Source: Verrucomicrobiota bacterium (GTDB lineage: Bacteria > Verrucomicrobiota > Verrucomicrobiia > Limisphaerales > CANJSG01). Taken from it: DNA of 64,000 nt. The notes beneath the pieces were generated by a model. That model had not been told where the DNA came from. It searched no databases and saw only the letters and a list, made by a program, of their open reading frames with translations. Positions 28,203 to 39,534 of the stretch are shown here, one piece after another (the first letter of the stretch is position 1; every line of letters starts with the position of its first letter). A program made the translations under genes and the position numbers. The stretch spans positions 1-64,000 of the forward strand of contig JBBQXJ010000013.1 in assembly GCA_038209745.1 (NCBI GenBank). The letters run 5' to 3'.

Positions 28203-30377
28203 ATGAGCCATCAATCTGTACACGACACGGGAGCCGCTCCCGGCTGCGCGGCCAGGCCCGATGACAGTCTGCTCCGGGAGATCTTTGACGACGCGCCCAC
28301 CGCGCTCTTCGTCACCGATCGCGCCGGCGCCATCGTCCGCCTGAACCGCGCCGCCGCAAAGCTCGCGGCCCGCACGCGCGAACAGCTTCTCGGAGCCTTC
28401 CTCCGCTCCGTTTTCCCCGCCCAGTGCCAAACCGCTTGGAACGAAATCGCGGCTCAATGCCTTGAAAAAAACACCGTCGTGACTCTGGGCGAGGACTGCA
28501 ATCTGTGCTGCATAGACCCCGCGGGAGCGGAGACCTTCGTCCAGGCCAGCCTCCGGCCGATCGCCTCCGGCTCGGGCCAGTTCTTTGTCGTCTCGATGAC
28601 CGACATCTCCGAACACCGGCGCGTCCAGCAGCAGATCCGCAATCTGAACCGCGATCTGGCGGAGACCAACAAGCAGACCTGGGAGGCCATCGGTCGCGCC
28701 AATTTCCTCGCCGTCGCGGCCGACGCGGCCGGACGCGCCAAAGCCGAGTTCCTCGCCACCATGAGCCGCGAGATCCGCACTCCGATGAACGGCGTCATCG
28801 GCATGACCAGCCTCCTCCGGGAGACCTCGTTGGATGAGGAACAGGCGGGCTACGTAGAGACCATCCGGAGCTCGGGCGAAACCCTCCTCGTAGTCATCGA
28901 CGACATCCTCGACTTCTCGAAGATCGAATCCGGAAAAATGACGCTGGAGAAGACTTCTTTGGACCTTCGCGGCTGCGTGGAGGACTGCCTCGACCTTCTC
29001 CTGCCCAAGGCCGTCGAGAAGAAGCTCGACCTGGTCTGTGATTTCTCCGCCGGTCTTCCGCGAACCGTTCTCGCCGACGTCACCCGGCTCCGGCAGATCC
29101 TCATCAACCTCGTCGGCAACGCCCTGAAATTCACGGCTCTGGGCGAGGTCGTCGTCACCGTCGGCCCCGCTGACACTCAGGATTCCGCCGATCCCCTGTG
29201 GCACTTTTCCATCCGCGACACCGGCATCGGCATCCCCGAAAGCAAGCGCCACCTTCTCTTGCAGAACTTCCAACAAGCCGACTCTTCCACCACCCGCCAG
29301 TTCGGCGGCACCGGCCTCGGGCTCGCCATCAGCCAGCGCCTTTGCGAGATGATGGGCGGCCGCATGTGGGTCGAGAGCGAGCACGGTCTGGGCTCTGTTT
29401 TCCACTTCACCCTCCGGGCCGCGGTCGACCAACCCGAGAACCGCGCCACATGGAGCGGCACCGTTCCTGAGTTCAGCGGATGCCGCATCCTCAGCGTCCA
29501 ACCCAACAGGACCTCCCAGGAAGTGCTCCGGAAACACGCCACCAGATGGGGCATCGAATTCCACGCCGCGCCCGACCGCGCATCCGCCCAGGCGTGGCTC
29601 GCGGACCATCCCGCTCCGGACCTTGTGCTGATCGACCTCCCGCGCGGCACCGGCGAGTCCCTCCTCCTGGCCCAGGCTCTCCGCAGGGCCGAATCGACTT
29701 CCGCCGTGCCCATGCTCATCGCCTCCTCCAATCGGCTCGACGGGATCGAGGGCCAGGTGCGCGAACTGGGCCGGGCCGAAATCATCCTCAAGCCATTCAA
29801 GGCCGGAACCCTGCAAGCCGCCCTTGGACAGTTCTGGCCCGTCCCCCTCGCGGACTGTCCATCGCGCAGCACCACCCCGGTCTGCTCCAGCGTGGTGTGC
29901 CGCTCCGGCCTTGCCGCCGAACTCCCGTTCTCCATCCTCGTCGCCGAGGACAATCCGGTGAATCAGAAGGTGGCCCGCTGCTTCCTCGAAAAGCTCGGCT
30001 ACACCGCCGATTTCGTCGCCGACGGCGCCCAAGCCGTCCGGGCCCTCCAAGAACGGGCCTACGACGTCGTCCTGATGGATGTGGAAATGCCGAACCTCAA
30101 CGGCTGCGACGCCACCCGGCAGATCCGCGAGATACCGGGCAGCTCCCTCGTTCCATGGATCATCGCACTCACCGCCCACGCTCTGGACAGCATCCGCGAA
30201 GCCTGCTTCGAGGCCGGCATGAACGACTACCTCGCCAAACCCATCAAGATCGACCAGCTCGAATCCGCCCTCCGCCGCGTCGCCATCGCGCCCGGCTCCG
30301 CCAAGATGCGTTTCGAGCCCTCGCTCTCCTCCGACTCCGAGGAACTCGCCCTGACCGGCGCGACCTCATTGCTGTAG
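28203..30377 (+). CDS. cytoplasmic PAS hybrid sensor histidine kinase with two receiver domains; H-box His replaced by Arg
   Basis: [22 protein letters not shown] box [15 protein letters not shown] and GGTGLGL; degenerate first receiver; intact second receiver ([15 protein letters not shown]). Confidence 0.93.
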   Translation: MSHQSVHDTGAAPGCAARPDDSLLREIFDDAPTALFVTDRAGAIVRLNRAAAKLAARTREQLLGAFLRSVFPAQCQTAWNEIAAQCLEKNTVVTLGEDCNLCCIDPAGAETFVQASLRPIASGSGQFFVVSMTDISEHRRVQQQIRNLNRDLAETNKQTWEAIGRANFLAVAADAAGRAKAEFLATMSREIRTPMNGVIGMTSLLRETSLDEEQAGYVETIRSSGETLLVVIDDILDFSKIESGKMTLEKTSLDLRGCVEDCLDLLLPKAVEKKLDLVCDFSAGLPRTVLADVTRLRQILINLVGNALKFTALGEVVVTVGPADTQDSADPLWHFSIRDTGIGIPESKRHLLLQNFQQADSSTTRQFGGTGLGLAISQRLCEMMGGRMWVESEHGLGSVFHFTLRAAVDQPENRATWSGTVPEFSGCRILSVQPNRTSQEVLRKHATRWGIEFHAAPDRASAQAWLADHPAPDLVLIDLPRGTGESLLLAQALRRAESTSAVPMLIASSNRLDGIEGQVRELGRAEIILKPFKAGTLQAALGQFWPVPLADCPSRSTTPVCSSVVCRSGLAAELPFSILVAEDNPVNQKVARCFLEKLGYTADFVADGAQAVRALQERAYDVVLMDVEMPNLNGCDATRQIREIPGSSLVPWIIALTAHALDSIREACFEAGMNDYLAKPIKIDQLESALRRVAIAPGSAKMRFEPSLSSDSEELALTGATSLL

Positions 30378-30406
30378 ACCTCAGCGTTTTAATCGACCCC
30401 ACCGAG

Positions 30407-30443
30407 AAAAACGGCGGCTCCGTTCCCGGAGCCGCCGTCTTTG
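30407..30443. terminator. intrinsic terminator, probably bidirectional, between kinase and gap
   Basis: Perfect 12-bp stem ACGGCGGCTCCG-TTCC-CGGAGCCGCCGT, with an A run on the left and CTTT on the right. Confidence 0.85.
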
Positions 30444-30461
30444 CGTTCGCCGGATGCCGGC

Positions 30462-31514
<1,053 letters not shown>

Positions 31515-31743
31515 TCAAGGTCAGGTTCAAAAAGCCCGGAAACAGCTCCCGAGCGCCATGAAGTGTAGACGATAGCAGCGCAAAAGCGTCAACGGAGAAT
31601 TCCCCGGTCGAGACGAGGGCTCTTCGCGTCTTTCGTCACCCGAGCATCGGACCTTGTCCAACCACCCATCTCAGTGGCTGGCTTCCTGAGCGGCGGTCCT
31701 CCAAAATCACCGCACCGGGTGAAGTATCGACCCCGGCAATTCC

Positions 31744-33588
31744 ATGACCGGATCACCCTATTTTCTCGGCGTCGAAGGCGGCGGAACCCGCACCACCGCG
31801 CTCTTCGTGGGCAATGGACAACCCATTTTCGAGGGTCAGTTCGGCCCCGGGAACGTCCGGCTCCTGGACGACCCGGCGTTGGAGTCTTTGTGCCGCCAGA
31901 TCCAAGCGGCCATCGCAGGGCTCCCGACGCCTGCCGCCATCGGCTTCGGCATGGCCGGTGCCCGCACCACCGCCGATCAGGCCCGGGTCGCCCGAATCGC
32001 CGCCCGGGTCTGGAAGACCGCCACCATCCGGGTCGGCAACGATCTCGACATCGCCCTCAGCGCCGCGCCCCGGCCCAAGCACCCCGCCACCGCCCACATT
32101 CTGGTGCTGAGCGGCACCGGCTCGTGCTGCTTCGCCCGGGATACGGACGGACAGTCCGAGAGGGTCGGCGGTTGGGGCCATCATCTCGGCGACGAAGGCA
32201 GCGGCTATTCGCTCGGGCAAACGGCCCTGCAACAGGCGGTCCACGCCTGGGATCGCCACCGCAAGTGGGGCGCGCTCGGTCGTGGCATTCTCACGGCCCT
32301 GCAACTGAACGAGCCGAACGAACTCATCGGCTGGGCCCAGGCGGCGGAGAAGAAGGATGTCGCCCAGTTGGCGACCGTGCTCTTCCAATCCGCCGCAGCC
32401 GGTGACCGTTTGGCCAGAACCATTGTCCGGACCGCAGCGGGTCAACTCGCCGGCGACGCCTTGATCGTGGCGAAGCGGTTGGCCAGCAAAAGCCAGCGCG
32501 TTCAATTCGTCTTTGCCGGAAGCGTTCTCCTGAAAGCCGACTCGTTTGCGCGGGCCGTGGCCGGCGCCATCCGCAAAGCGCGCCCCAACGCGGTCGTGAC
32601 GCGGCTGGAGCGGCCGGCGGTCTGGGGCTCGGTGGCGATGGCGGAAGCCGCCGTGCGTGACCAAGTCCCACCGCAGCCCGCTCCACCTTTCCCCGACAGG
32701 CGCAAACCCGCTGTCCTGCCGCGCTCAAAGACGAGAGCGGTTCCCCTGCTGCCGGCCTTGTCGCCGACCGAGCTCCGTCATCCGGCCTCGATGCACTTGG
32801 ACCAGATGCCGCTCGACGAGGCCGTCGAACTGTTCCTCCGCGAAGACGCGCGCATCACGGCGGCGTTGCGAGCGGAGAAGCAATCCATCGCGAAGGTCGT
32901 GGGCTGGATCGCCCGCGCCTTCGAGAAGGGGGGCCGCCTGTTCTACGTCGGAGCCGGTACCAGCGGACGCCTCGGCATCCTGGACGCCAGTGAATGTCCG
33001 CCGACCTTTCGGACTCCACCCGAGCTCGTCCAAGGAATCATCGCCGGCGGCCGCGACGCCATCTGGCGCGCCGTGGAGGGCGCCGAGGACGATCCCGCCG
33101 CCGGCGCGCGGTCCATCGAGTTTCGCGGCATCACCGACCAGGACGTCGTCGTCGGCATTGCCGCCAGCGGCCGCACGCCCTTCGTTCGGGGCGCGTTGAC
33201 CGAAGCCAAGCGGCGCGGCGCACGGACCGCGCTGCTCTGCTTCAATCCCCACGTCCACGCCGAGAGGCCCAAGCCGGCCGATCTCGTCATCGCTCCCGAC
33301 ATCGGCCCCGAACTGCTGACCGGCTCCACCCGGCTGAAGTCGGGCACCGCCACCAAGCTCGTCCTGAACATCTTCACCACCCTGGCCATGGTCCGCACGG
33401 GGAAGGTCATCGGCAACCTCATGGTCGATGTGAACCCTTCCAACGTGAAGCTGCGCGGCCGCGCGGTCCGCATCATCCGCGACCTGACCGGCGCCGATGA
33501 CGCGACGGTGCTGAAGGCTTTGGAAGCCTCCGGATGGACGGTGCGCGACGCCTGGCTCCGGCTGGGCGGCGACCGGAAGCGCCGTTGA
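31744..33588 (+). CDS. murQ: fusion: BadF/NAGK-type amino-sugar kinase + N-acetylmuramic acid 6-phosphate etherase
   Basis: N-half LGVEGGGTRT, LSGTGS, GGWGHHLGDEGSG; C-half GAGTSGRLGILDASECPPTF, AVEGAED, GSTRLKSGTATK, GNLMVDV. Confidence 0.93.
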   Translation: MTGSPYFLGVEGGGTRTTALFVGNGQPIFEGQFGPGNVRLLDDPALESLCRQIQAAIAGLPTPAAIGFGMAGARTTADQARVARIAARVWKTATIRVGNDLDIALSAAPRPKHPATAHILVLSGTGSCCFARDTDGQSERVGGWGHHLGDEGSGYSLGQTALQQAVHAWDRHRKWGALGRGILTALQLNEPNELIGWAQAAEKKDVAQLATVLFQSAAAGDRLARTIVRTAAGQLAGDALIVAKRLASKSQRVQFVFAGSVLLKADSFARAVAGAIRKARPNAVVTRLERPAVWGSVAMAEAAVRDQVPPQPAPPFPDRRKPAVLPRSKTRAVPLLPALSPTELRHPASMHLDQMPLDEAVELFLREDARITAALRAEKQSIAKVVGWIARAFEKGGRLFYVGAGTSGRLGILDASECPPTFRTPPELVQGIIAGGRDAIWRAVEGAEDDPAAGARSIEFRGITDQDVVVGIAASGRTPFVRGALTEAKRRGARTALLCFNPHVHAERPKPADLVIAPDIGPELLTGSTRLKSGTATKLVLNIFTTLAMVRTGKVIGNLMVDVNPSNVKLRGRAVRIIRDLTGADDATVLKALEASGWTVRDAWLRLGGDRKRR

Positions 33589-33618
33589 TCCGCGCCCCGG
33601 TCCCGCTATGTTGCCGCC

Positions 33619-33984
33619 ATGAAGAATTGGATGCTGGCGGTCCTGCTGATGTTCGGGGGCTTGGCGACGATCGGCTTGAGCGGCTGCGCGTCGAACAAGA
33701 TCGACTGGGCGCCACGGATCGGAACCTACACCTTCGACGACGCGGTGCGGGAAATGGGGCCTCCGGACAAGGAAGCCACATTGACCGACGGAACCGTGGT
33801 CGCCGATTGGATCACCACCCGTGGCGGTCCGCGCCTCTACACCGTCCCGCAGATCCAAAGCGGCTACTACGGCGGGCACTACATCTGGAACGAGGCCTAC
33901 ACCATGGACACCCCCGACTGGATCGTCCGTCTTGAGTTTGGTCCGGACGGCAAGTTGACCAAGCATACCCGGGTCGTTCGGTGA
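33619..33984 (+). CDS. hypothetical lipoprotein
   Basis: Signal peptide with LSGC lipobox; host-like codon usage. Confidence 0.8.
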   Translation: MKNWMLAVLLMFGGLATIGLSGCASNKIDWAPRIGTYTFDDAVREMGPPDKEATLTDGTVVADWITTRGGPRLYTVPQIQSGYYGGHYIWNEAYTMDTPDWIVRLEFGPDGKLTKHTRVVR

Positions 33985-34063
33985 GATCGGCGAAGAAGCC
34001 TCGTCCGTGTCTGCGGCCTCATTTTCCTTTCTCCACGCAGGATCGACTGCTAAAGAAACGTCG

Positions 34064-34372
34064 ATGTCCGCCGGCACAAATATCTGGGACGCACTGTATC
34101 GCCTCGCGCTTTGGCTCCTCGCCATCGCCGCCGTGGTGGCCGTGATCCTGTGGTACGTGCCCGTCGTCCAGAAGAACGAGGCCATGCGCCGCGACATCTA
34201 CCAGCTCGAGAAGAAGGTCCAACAGGAGCAGGAACTGGCCAAGGTCTTGGACTCCCGCCTGAAGAGCCTGCAAGACCCCCGCACCGTCGAGCGCCTCGCC
34301 CGCGAGCGCCTCAGCTTCGCCAAACCCGGCGAACTGATCTTCCACTTCGAATCCCCCAAGACGGACCGCTGA
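34064..34372 (+). CDS. septum formation initiator family (FtsB/DivIC-like)
   Basis: TM + coiled coil + DPRTVERLARERLSFAKPGELIFHF. Confidence 0.85.
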   Translation: MSAGTNIWDALYRLALWLLAIAAVVAVILWYVPVVQKNEAMRRDIYQLEKKVQQEQELAKVLDSRLKSLQDPRTVERLARERLSFAKPGELIFHFESPKTDR

Positions 34373-34417
34373 GGTCGCCCCCCACGGAGGCGGCATTTTC
34401 CCAGAGCCTGTGCATTT

Positions 34418-34515
34418 GGAGCGGGGACGGTCACGTCCGCGAGGCCGCGTCCTTCAATGCTTCGCCTCGAATTTCCATCTGAGGCTGAACTCGCGGACGT
34501 GACCGTCCGCGCTCC
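34418..34515. repeat. REP doublet, same family as 10882-11031
   Basis: GGAGCGGGGACGGTCACGTCCGCGAG ... CTCGCGGACGTGACCGTCCGCGCTCC between convergent genes. Confidence 0.8.
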
Positions 34516-34518
34516 GGC

Positions 34519-36690
34519 TCAGAACTTGAGCGTCAGCGTCCTCGGCCGCGCTTCGTTCTGGAAGCGCACCCACAGCAGGCCGTCTTTCGCCGAATGCTCG
34601 ACGGCCGTGACGGGTGCTCCATCCAGCGTGACCGACTTCGGTGCCTTCTTCGCGCTCAGCAAAACCACCGCCTCCGTCTGGCCGACGCCTTCCACCGTCA
34701 GGATCAATTCATCCGCACCCGCCTTCGCCGGCAAGGTCTTGCAGGCGGCCGCCAGAACCCTGGTTCCGCGCTTCTTCGCCAGATCCAGATCCAGCAGGAA
34801 GCTGCGGGACTTCGGCGCCAAAACCACTTCGTGCTGCACGCGCAGCTCCGGATCGAAGAGGTTCACGAACCGGCCGGAAACCGTTTTCGCCGCGCCATCG
34901 ATCGATTCATCCAGGCCCGACGCAACCACGTAGGGGCCTCGCCGCAGCAGGAGGTAGTTCGTTTCCTTCCACGCAAGCCCGGCCTGTTTGGCGGCTCGTT
35001 GCACCACGGCCATCAAGCGCGTGTCGCCGTCCTTCGCCTTCGCCAGATCGGCCGGGTTTTCGTGCAGCCACAGGACCGATCCCTTGCCGACTTTCTTCGG
35101 TTCGTCCAGCGGGGCATTCGCGTCCAGTCCCAGCCTGGTGAAGAGATCTTCGCGCGGCGTTTTGAAATGGAGCCCGTCGCTGTTCCACCATTCACGGACG
35201 GAATTGTAGGGATCCGCGTCGTTGTCCACGAAGACCAGCGATCCGCCCGTTTTGACCCACTTGACCAAGGCATCGTGGACATCGGCGGAGAGCGGCTTCT
35301 GTCCGTGGTAGCTCAGCAGCAGCACGCGATAGTCCTTGAAGGCGTCGGCCAGGGTGGCGTTTTCGAGCTGCACCGGCGCGACCGGGAGTCCGCGCTTCAC
35401 GAAGGGCATGGCCAGTCCGTAGAAGCCGCTCAGGTACGGCTCGCTCGGCGTCGGCTGACCGCGTTCGAACATCAACGAATCGCTGATCAGGATGCCCATG
35501 CCGCGTGTGCCGCTGTCCCACGAGACCTTGGGTTGGTTCAGGTCGTTGAGCGCGTTCATCACGACTTGAAGCTCCGTGGCGTAGCCGGGCGGGATGGACT
35601 TGCGCTCATCGCGCGGGACGCTCGCCGGATAACGTCCACCGAAGACGCGCTCGGGCCAGGGCGACACCTCGTAGCGGGAGACCTCGGGCTGGAGCAGCGA
35701 CGCCACGAGGGTGGACTCCCAGTTCACCTTGTAGTCGGTCCAGTCGTGGCGCGGGTTGTCCTCCACCGGATCGTTCAGATACCAGACGGTGCGACCGGTG
35801 GCGCGGACGAGATTCTGCATCGCGCCGTATTCGAGGAACGCGGTCTCGAAGGTCCGTTCGCGGATCTTGCCCCGGTAGATGTTTTCGCTGCGCGAGGTGC
35901 CGGTCCATACCTGCGCGATGTAGCCGTCGCAACCCTTGAGCCGGGCGAGGCTGGACTCGGGACTGACGATGCCCCACTGGGCGTAGTTGATCAGGCTGTG
36001 GGTCGGCACGTAGCAGCGGACCTTGCGGCCGGACTTCGCGTTGTAGTCCTGCACGTGGTCGAACACCTGCTGGAGCGCGCGGCGATAGAGGAAATACTTC
36101 AGTTTGGCCGACCGCCACGCCGCGTCGACGGATTCGTGGGGCGGTTGCCACTCCTCGCCGTAGTGGCTCTTCCACTCGCGCTTGAAGCCTTCCGAATAGC
36201 CGGCGCGGATCCAGAATTCTGGTTCCTCCAAGTGGATGGCCTCGGCGCCCGCATCCAACGCCCGTTGCACGCCGACACTGAGGAACTTCCCGTAGTTCGT
36301 CCCCGGCGACATGTAATACACGTCGCCGCCGTGGCTGATCTTTTTCCCGTTGGCTTCGGTCTGCGCCTCGTCCTCGTGGTTCACGCCGTCGAAGCGGCCG
36401 TAGAGGTAATCCTGGTATTGGCCCCACGCGACACCGGTCATCACGTGGATGCGGTAGCCCCGGTCGCGCCAGGTCTTGATGCGGTCCGGCAGCTTGGCGT
36501 CGATCCCGTAGACGATGGCGACATCGGAGCGGAGATTGCCCAGAGGGCTCCACGACTGTGCCGTCTGGAAACACGTGCGCTCCAGGATCTGGTCCGGATC
36601 GGTCGGGAACGGCGGCGGAGCTTCGGCCGCGAACAAGACGAGTCGGGTGGCGATCAATCCGACGGACAGTTTCGCAAGGGTCATCGACAT
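34519..36690 (-). CDS. secreted hypothetical protein, probable unclassified glycoside hydrolase
   Basis: Signal peptide; aromatic-rich barrel-like region with AIHLEEPEFW; GATase-like segment (LVKWVKTGGSLVFV..KKVGKGSVLW); beta-rich C-terminus. Confidence 0.75.
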   Translation of the reverse strand: MSMTLAKLSVGLIATRLVLFAAEAPPPFPTDPDQILERTCFQTAQSWSPLGNLRSDVAIVYGIDAKLPDRIKTWRDRGYRIHVMTGVAWGQYQDYLYGRFDGVNHEDEAQTEANGKKISHGGDVYYMSPGTNYGKFLSVGVQRALDAGAEAIHLEEPEFWIRAGYSEGFKREWKSHYGEEWQPPHESVDAAWRSAKLKYFLYRRALQQVFDHVQDYNAKSGRKVRCYVPTHSLINYAQWGIVSPESSLARLKGCDGYIAQVWTGTSRSENIYRGKIRERTFETAFLEYGAMQNLVRATGRTVWYLNDPVEDNPRHDWTDYKVNWESTLVASLLQPEVSRYEVSPWPERVFGGRYPASVPRDERKSIPPGYATELQVVMNALNDLNQPKVSWDSGTRGMGILISDSLMFERGQPTPSEPYLSGFYGLAMPFVKRGLPVAPVQLENATLADAFKDYRVLLLSYHGQKPLSADVHDALVKWVKTGGSLVFVDNDADPYNSVREWWNSDGLHFKTPREDLFTRLGLDANAPLDEPKKVGKGSVLWLHENPADLAKAKDGDTRLMAVVQRAAKQAGLAWKETNYLLLRRGPYVVASGLDESIDGAAKTVSGRFVNLFDPELRVQHEVVLAPKSRSFLLDLDLAKKRGTRVLAAACKTLPAKAGADELILTVEGVGQTEAVVLLSAKKAPKSVTLDGAPVTAVEHSAKDGLLWVRFQNEARPRTLTLKF

Positions 36691-36762
36691 GGCGACTTGG
36701 ACCTTAGCGCAGCGATCCGGCTTCAAACAGGCTGTTGAGCCATTTTCGACCACGTCTTCAAC

Positions 36763-36913
36763 GGTAGAGCGACGGCTCCCGCCGAGCCGGCGTTTGACCT
36801 GCTGACAACGGGGCAGCGGCACTGGCGACTCCCGGGCGTTCTGGAATTACCAGTGAAGCCCGCTCGAACGGAGTTCGTCCCAAGGCGCCGGCGGCGGGAG
36901 CCGACGCCCTACC
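36763..36913. repeat. REP doublet
   Basis: GGTAGAGCGACGGCTCCCGCCG ... CGGCGGGAGCCGACGCCCTACC inverted arms between divergent genes. Confidence 0.7.
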
Positions 36914-37035
36914 TCCAAGGATAAAGTTCACGCTCCTTCCCGGAGCATCCGCTCGGCATGCCCCCTGAATCAGGGAAGCCCGCCACGGCTGGATCTCTTG
37001 CTGTCCCACAGCGGCCGCCTAGAAGATGGGCCGCC

Positions 37036-38436
37036 GTGAGCAACGACAACGCTTTTCCCCTGGTGGTTCCCCGATGCCCCGCAGTGCTTGATCCCCAGTT
37101 TCGGCCGGCGGCCTTGGCCATGCAGGCGTTCCAGGAAAGGGTGCGACGCTCGGGCGCCCCGCAGTCCGTCCGGATCGGTCTCGAACAAGCCGACGGCACC
37201 GTCCACCGCTTCGAAACCGAAGCGCTTCCGAACGGGGATCCATTGGCCGGAACGAACTTTCGCCATGTCGAGCGGATCGTGAAGTTCCTGCTCTGGTCAC
37301 GGGGCGGACGCCGAATCTATTTGGATGGCCCGAGCGGCTTGGCCGAACAACTCGCGGCGCACTATCGAGACACGCCGACCGGCCGCTTCGACTCGGAGAT
37401 CGTCGGGGAAAAGATGTATGACGGGCCGATCGAGGTCGTCGCCACCCGCGACATTCCGGCGGAGCGCAGCCAGTCCCGGCCATTGGGCCGTCACCTCGAC
37501 GGTTGCCGCATCGGCTTCGATCTCGGCGGCAGCGACCGCAAGACCGCCGCGGTCATCGACGGCAAAGTGGTCTTCAGCGAGGAGATCGAGTGGAACCCGT
37601 ATTTCCAGGCCAATCCGCAATACCACTTCGACGGCATCATGGATTCGTTGAAGAAAGCGGCGGCCCATCTTCCGCGCGTCGATGCCATCGGCGGCAGCTC
37701 GGCCGGCGTCTATGTGAACAACCGGGTGAAAGTGGCATCGCTCTTTCGCGGCGTCCCGCCTGAAGTCTTCAACCGCCGGGTGAAGGACATGTTCATCGAG
37801 ATCCAGAAGCTCTGGAAGGTGCCGCTGGAAGTGGTGAACGACGGCGAAGTGACGGCCTTGGCGGCCTCGATGTCGCTCAAGGTGGACTCGGTCCTCGGCA
37901 TCTCCCTCGGCACCAGCACGGCCGGCGGCTGGGTCAATGCCGAAGGCAACATCACGTCCTGGATCAACGAGCTGGCCTTCGTCCCCTTCGACTATCATCC
38001 GGACGCGCCGCGCGACGAGTGGTCCGGCGACTATGGCTGTGGTGTGCAGCATTTCTCCCAGCAATGCGTCGGTCGGCTGCTCGCCCCGGCGGGCATCGAC
38101 GCCCCGGCGGACATATCGCTGCCCGAGAAGCTCATGCTCGTCCAGCAACTGATGAAGCAGGGCGACGACCGAGCTCGGCGTATCTATCAGACCCTCGGCG
38201 TGTACCTCGGCTATGGCATGGCGCATATCGCCAGCTTCTACGACCTGCGCCACGTGCTGATCCTCGGTCGGGTCACCTCGGGCGAAGGCGGCGATTTCAT
38301 TGTGGAAGGCGCGAAGACGGTGCTGAAGACGGATTTCCCCGAACTCTCGGACCAGATCGCCTTCCACATTCCGGACGAGAAGGACAAACGCCACGGCCAA
38401 GCCATCGCGGCGGCCAGCTTGCCGGCGTTGACGTGA
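37036..38436 (+). CDS. ROK family protein with N-terminal extension
   Basis: IGFDLGGSDRK, VVNDGEVTALA, GISLGTSTAGG, ELAF. GTG start inferred. Confidence 0.88.
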   Translation: MSNDNAFPLVVPRCPAVLDPQFRPAALAMQAFQERVRRSGAPQSVRIGLEQADGTVHRFETEALPNGDPLAGTNFRHVERIVKFLLWSRGGRRIYLDGPSGLAEQLAAHYRDTPTGRFDSEIVGEKMYDGPIEVVATRDIPAERSQSRPLGRHLDGCRIGFDLGGSDRKTAAVIDGKVVFSEEIEWNPYFQANPQYHFDGIMDSLKKAAAHLPRVDAIGGSSAGVYVNNRVKVASLFRGVPPEVFNRRVKDMFIEIQKLWKVPLEVVNDGEVTALAASMSLKVDSVLGISLGTSTAGGWVNAEGNITSWINELAFVPFDYHPDAPRDEWSGDYGCGVQHFSQQCVGRLLAPAGIDAPADISLPEKLMLVQQLMKQGDDRARRIYQTLGVYLGYGMAHIASFYDLRHVLILGRVTSGEGGDFIVEGAKTVLKTDFPELSDQIAFHIPDEKDKRHGQAIAAASLPALT

Positions 38437-38464
38437 ACCGGAACTCCCGGCTTGTTCCCAGCCA

Positions 38465-39526
38465 ATGAAACCTATCCGGAGCGGCGTTCGCACGTGTCTG
38501 TCGATGTTCGCCTCGGGCCTCGCCTTGCTCGGCACGGCGTTTCCGCGCCCCGCGCAGTCGGCCACTTTCACCAATCCGATTGTCGCCTCCGGCGCCGACC
38601 CGTGGATCGTGGTGCGGCCGGACGGTTCCTATCTCTTCACCTCCACCGGCGATCGTCGTGTGGAGCTCCGCACCGCCAAGACGTTGGCCGGACTCGGACA
38701 GGCTCCGGTTCATGCCGTTTGGAAAGCACCGGCCAAGGGACCCAATAGCCGTGATGTCTGGGCGCCGGAAATCCACCCCGTCGGCACCAATCGCTGGGCT
38801 CTCTACTACACGGCCACGACCGAGGACGGCTCCGATGCCAACCGCCGGATCTTCGCCCTCGAATCGTTGACCGAGGATCCGTTCGGCCAGTGGCGTGAGC
38901 GTGGACAGATGACCGTGCCGGGCGACGACCACTACGCGATCGATGGAACCCTGCTGCGCCGTCCCGATCGATCGCTCTTCTTCCTCTGGTCTGGCCGCGA
39001 AGTCAGCGAGCACGGTCCGCAGTGCCTCTATCTCGCGAAGATGAGCGATCCGTGGACCCTTGTCGGACCACGCGTGAAGATTTCCCAACCCGAACACGCC
39101 TGGGAAAAACACGGCTGGGAAGTGAACGAAGGACCAGAGGCATTGCAACACGACGGCCGGCTGTTCGTCGTCTTCTCGGCCAGCGGCGGCACCACGCCCA
39201 ACTATTGCCTCGGACTGCTGACCCACACCGGCGGCGATCTGTTGGATCCGAAGAACTGGAAGAAGAACCCGGAGCCCGTGTTTTCCGGGGACGCGACCGC
39301 AGACGGAAAGATCTTCACCGTCGGCCACAACGGCTTCTTCAAATCGCCGGACGAAACCGAGGACTGGATCGTCTACCACGGGAAAGACGTGCTGGAGAAC
39401 CACTGGCGCAACCGCACCGCTCGTGCGCAGAAGTTCGCCTGGAAGGAGGACGGCACGCCGGACTTCGGCCAGCCGCTGCGGGTAGGAACATCGATCAAAG
39501 AGCCGGCGGGCACTCGCGCCGAATAG
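38465..39526 (+). CDS. secreted GH43 glycoside hydrolase (arabinofuranosidase/xylosidase-like)
   Basis: NPIVASGADPW, WAPEIH, YAIDG, VNEGP, GHNGFF. Confidence 0.93.
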   Translation: MKPIRSGVRTCLSMFASGLALLGTAFPRPAQSATFTNPIVASGADPWIVVRPDGSYLFTSTGDRRVELRTAKTLAGLGQAPVHAVWKAPAKGPNSRDVWAPEIHPVGTNRWALYYTATTEDGSDANRRIFALESLTEDPFGQWRERGQMTVPGDDHYAIDGTLLRRPDRSLFFLWSGREVSEHGPQCLYLAKMSDPWTLVGPRVKISQPEHAWEKHGWEVNEGPEALQHDGRLFVVFSASGGTTPNYCLGLLTHTGGDLLDPKNWKKNPEPVFSGDATADGKIFTVGHNGFFKSPDETEDWIVYHGKDVLENHWRNRTARAQKFAWKEDGTPDFGQPLRVGTSIKEPAGTRAE

Positions 39527-39534
39527 CCCCTGCG

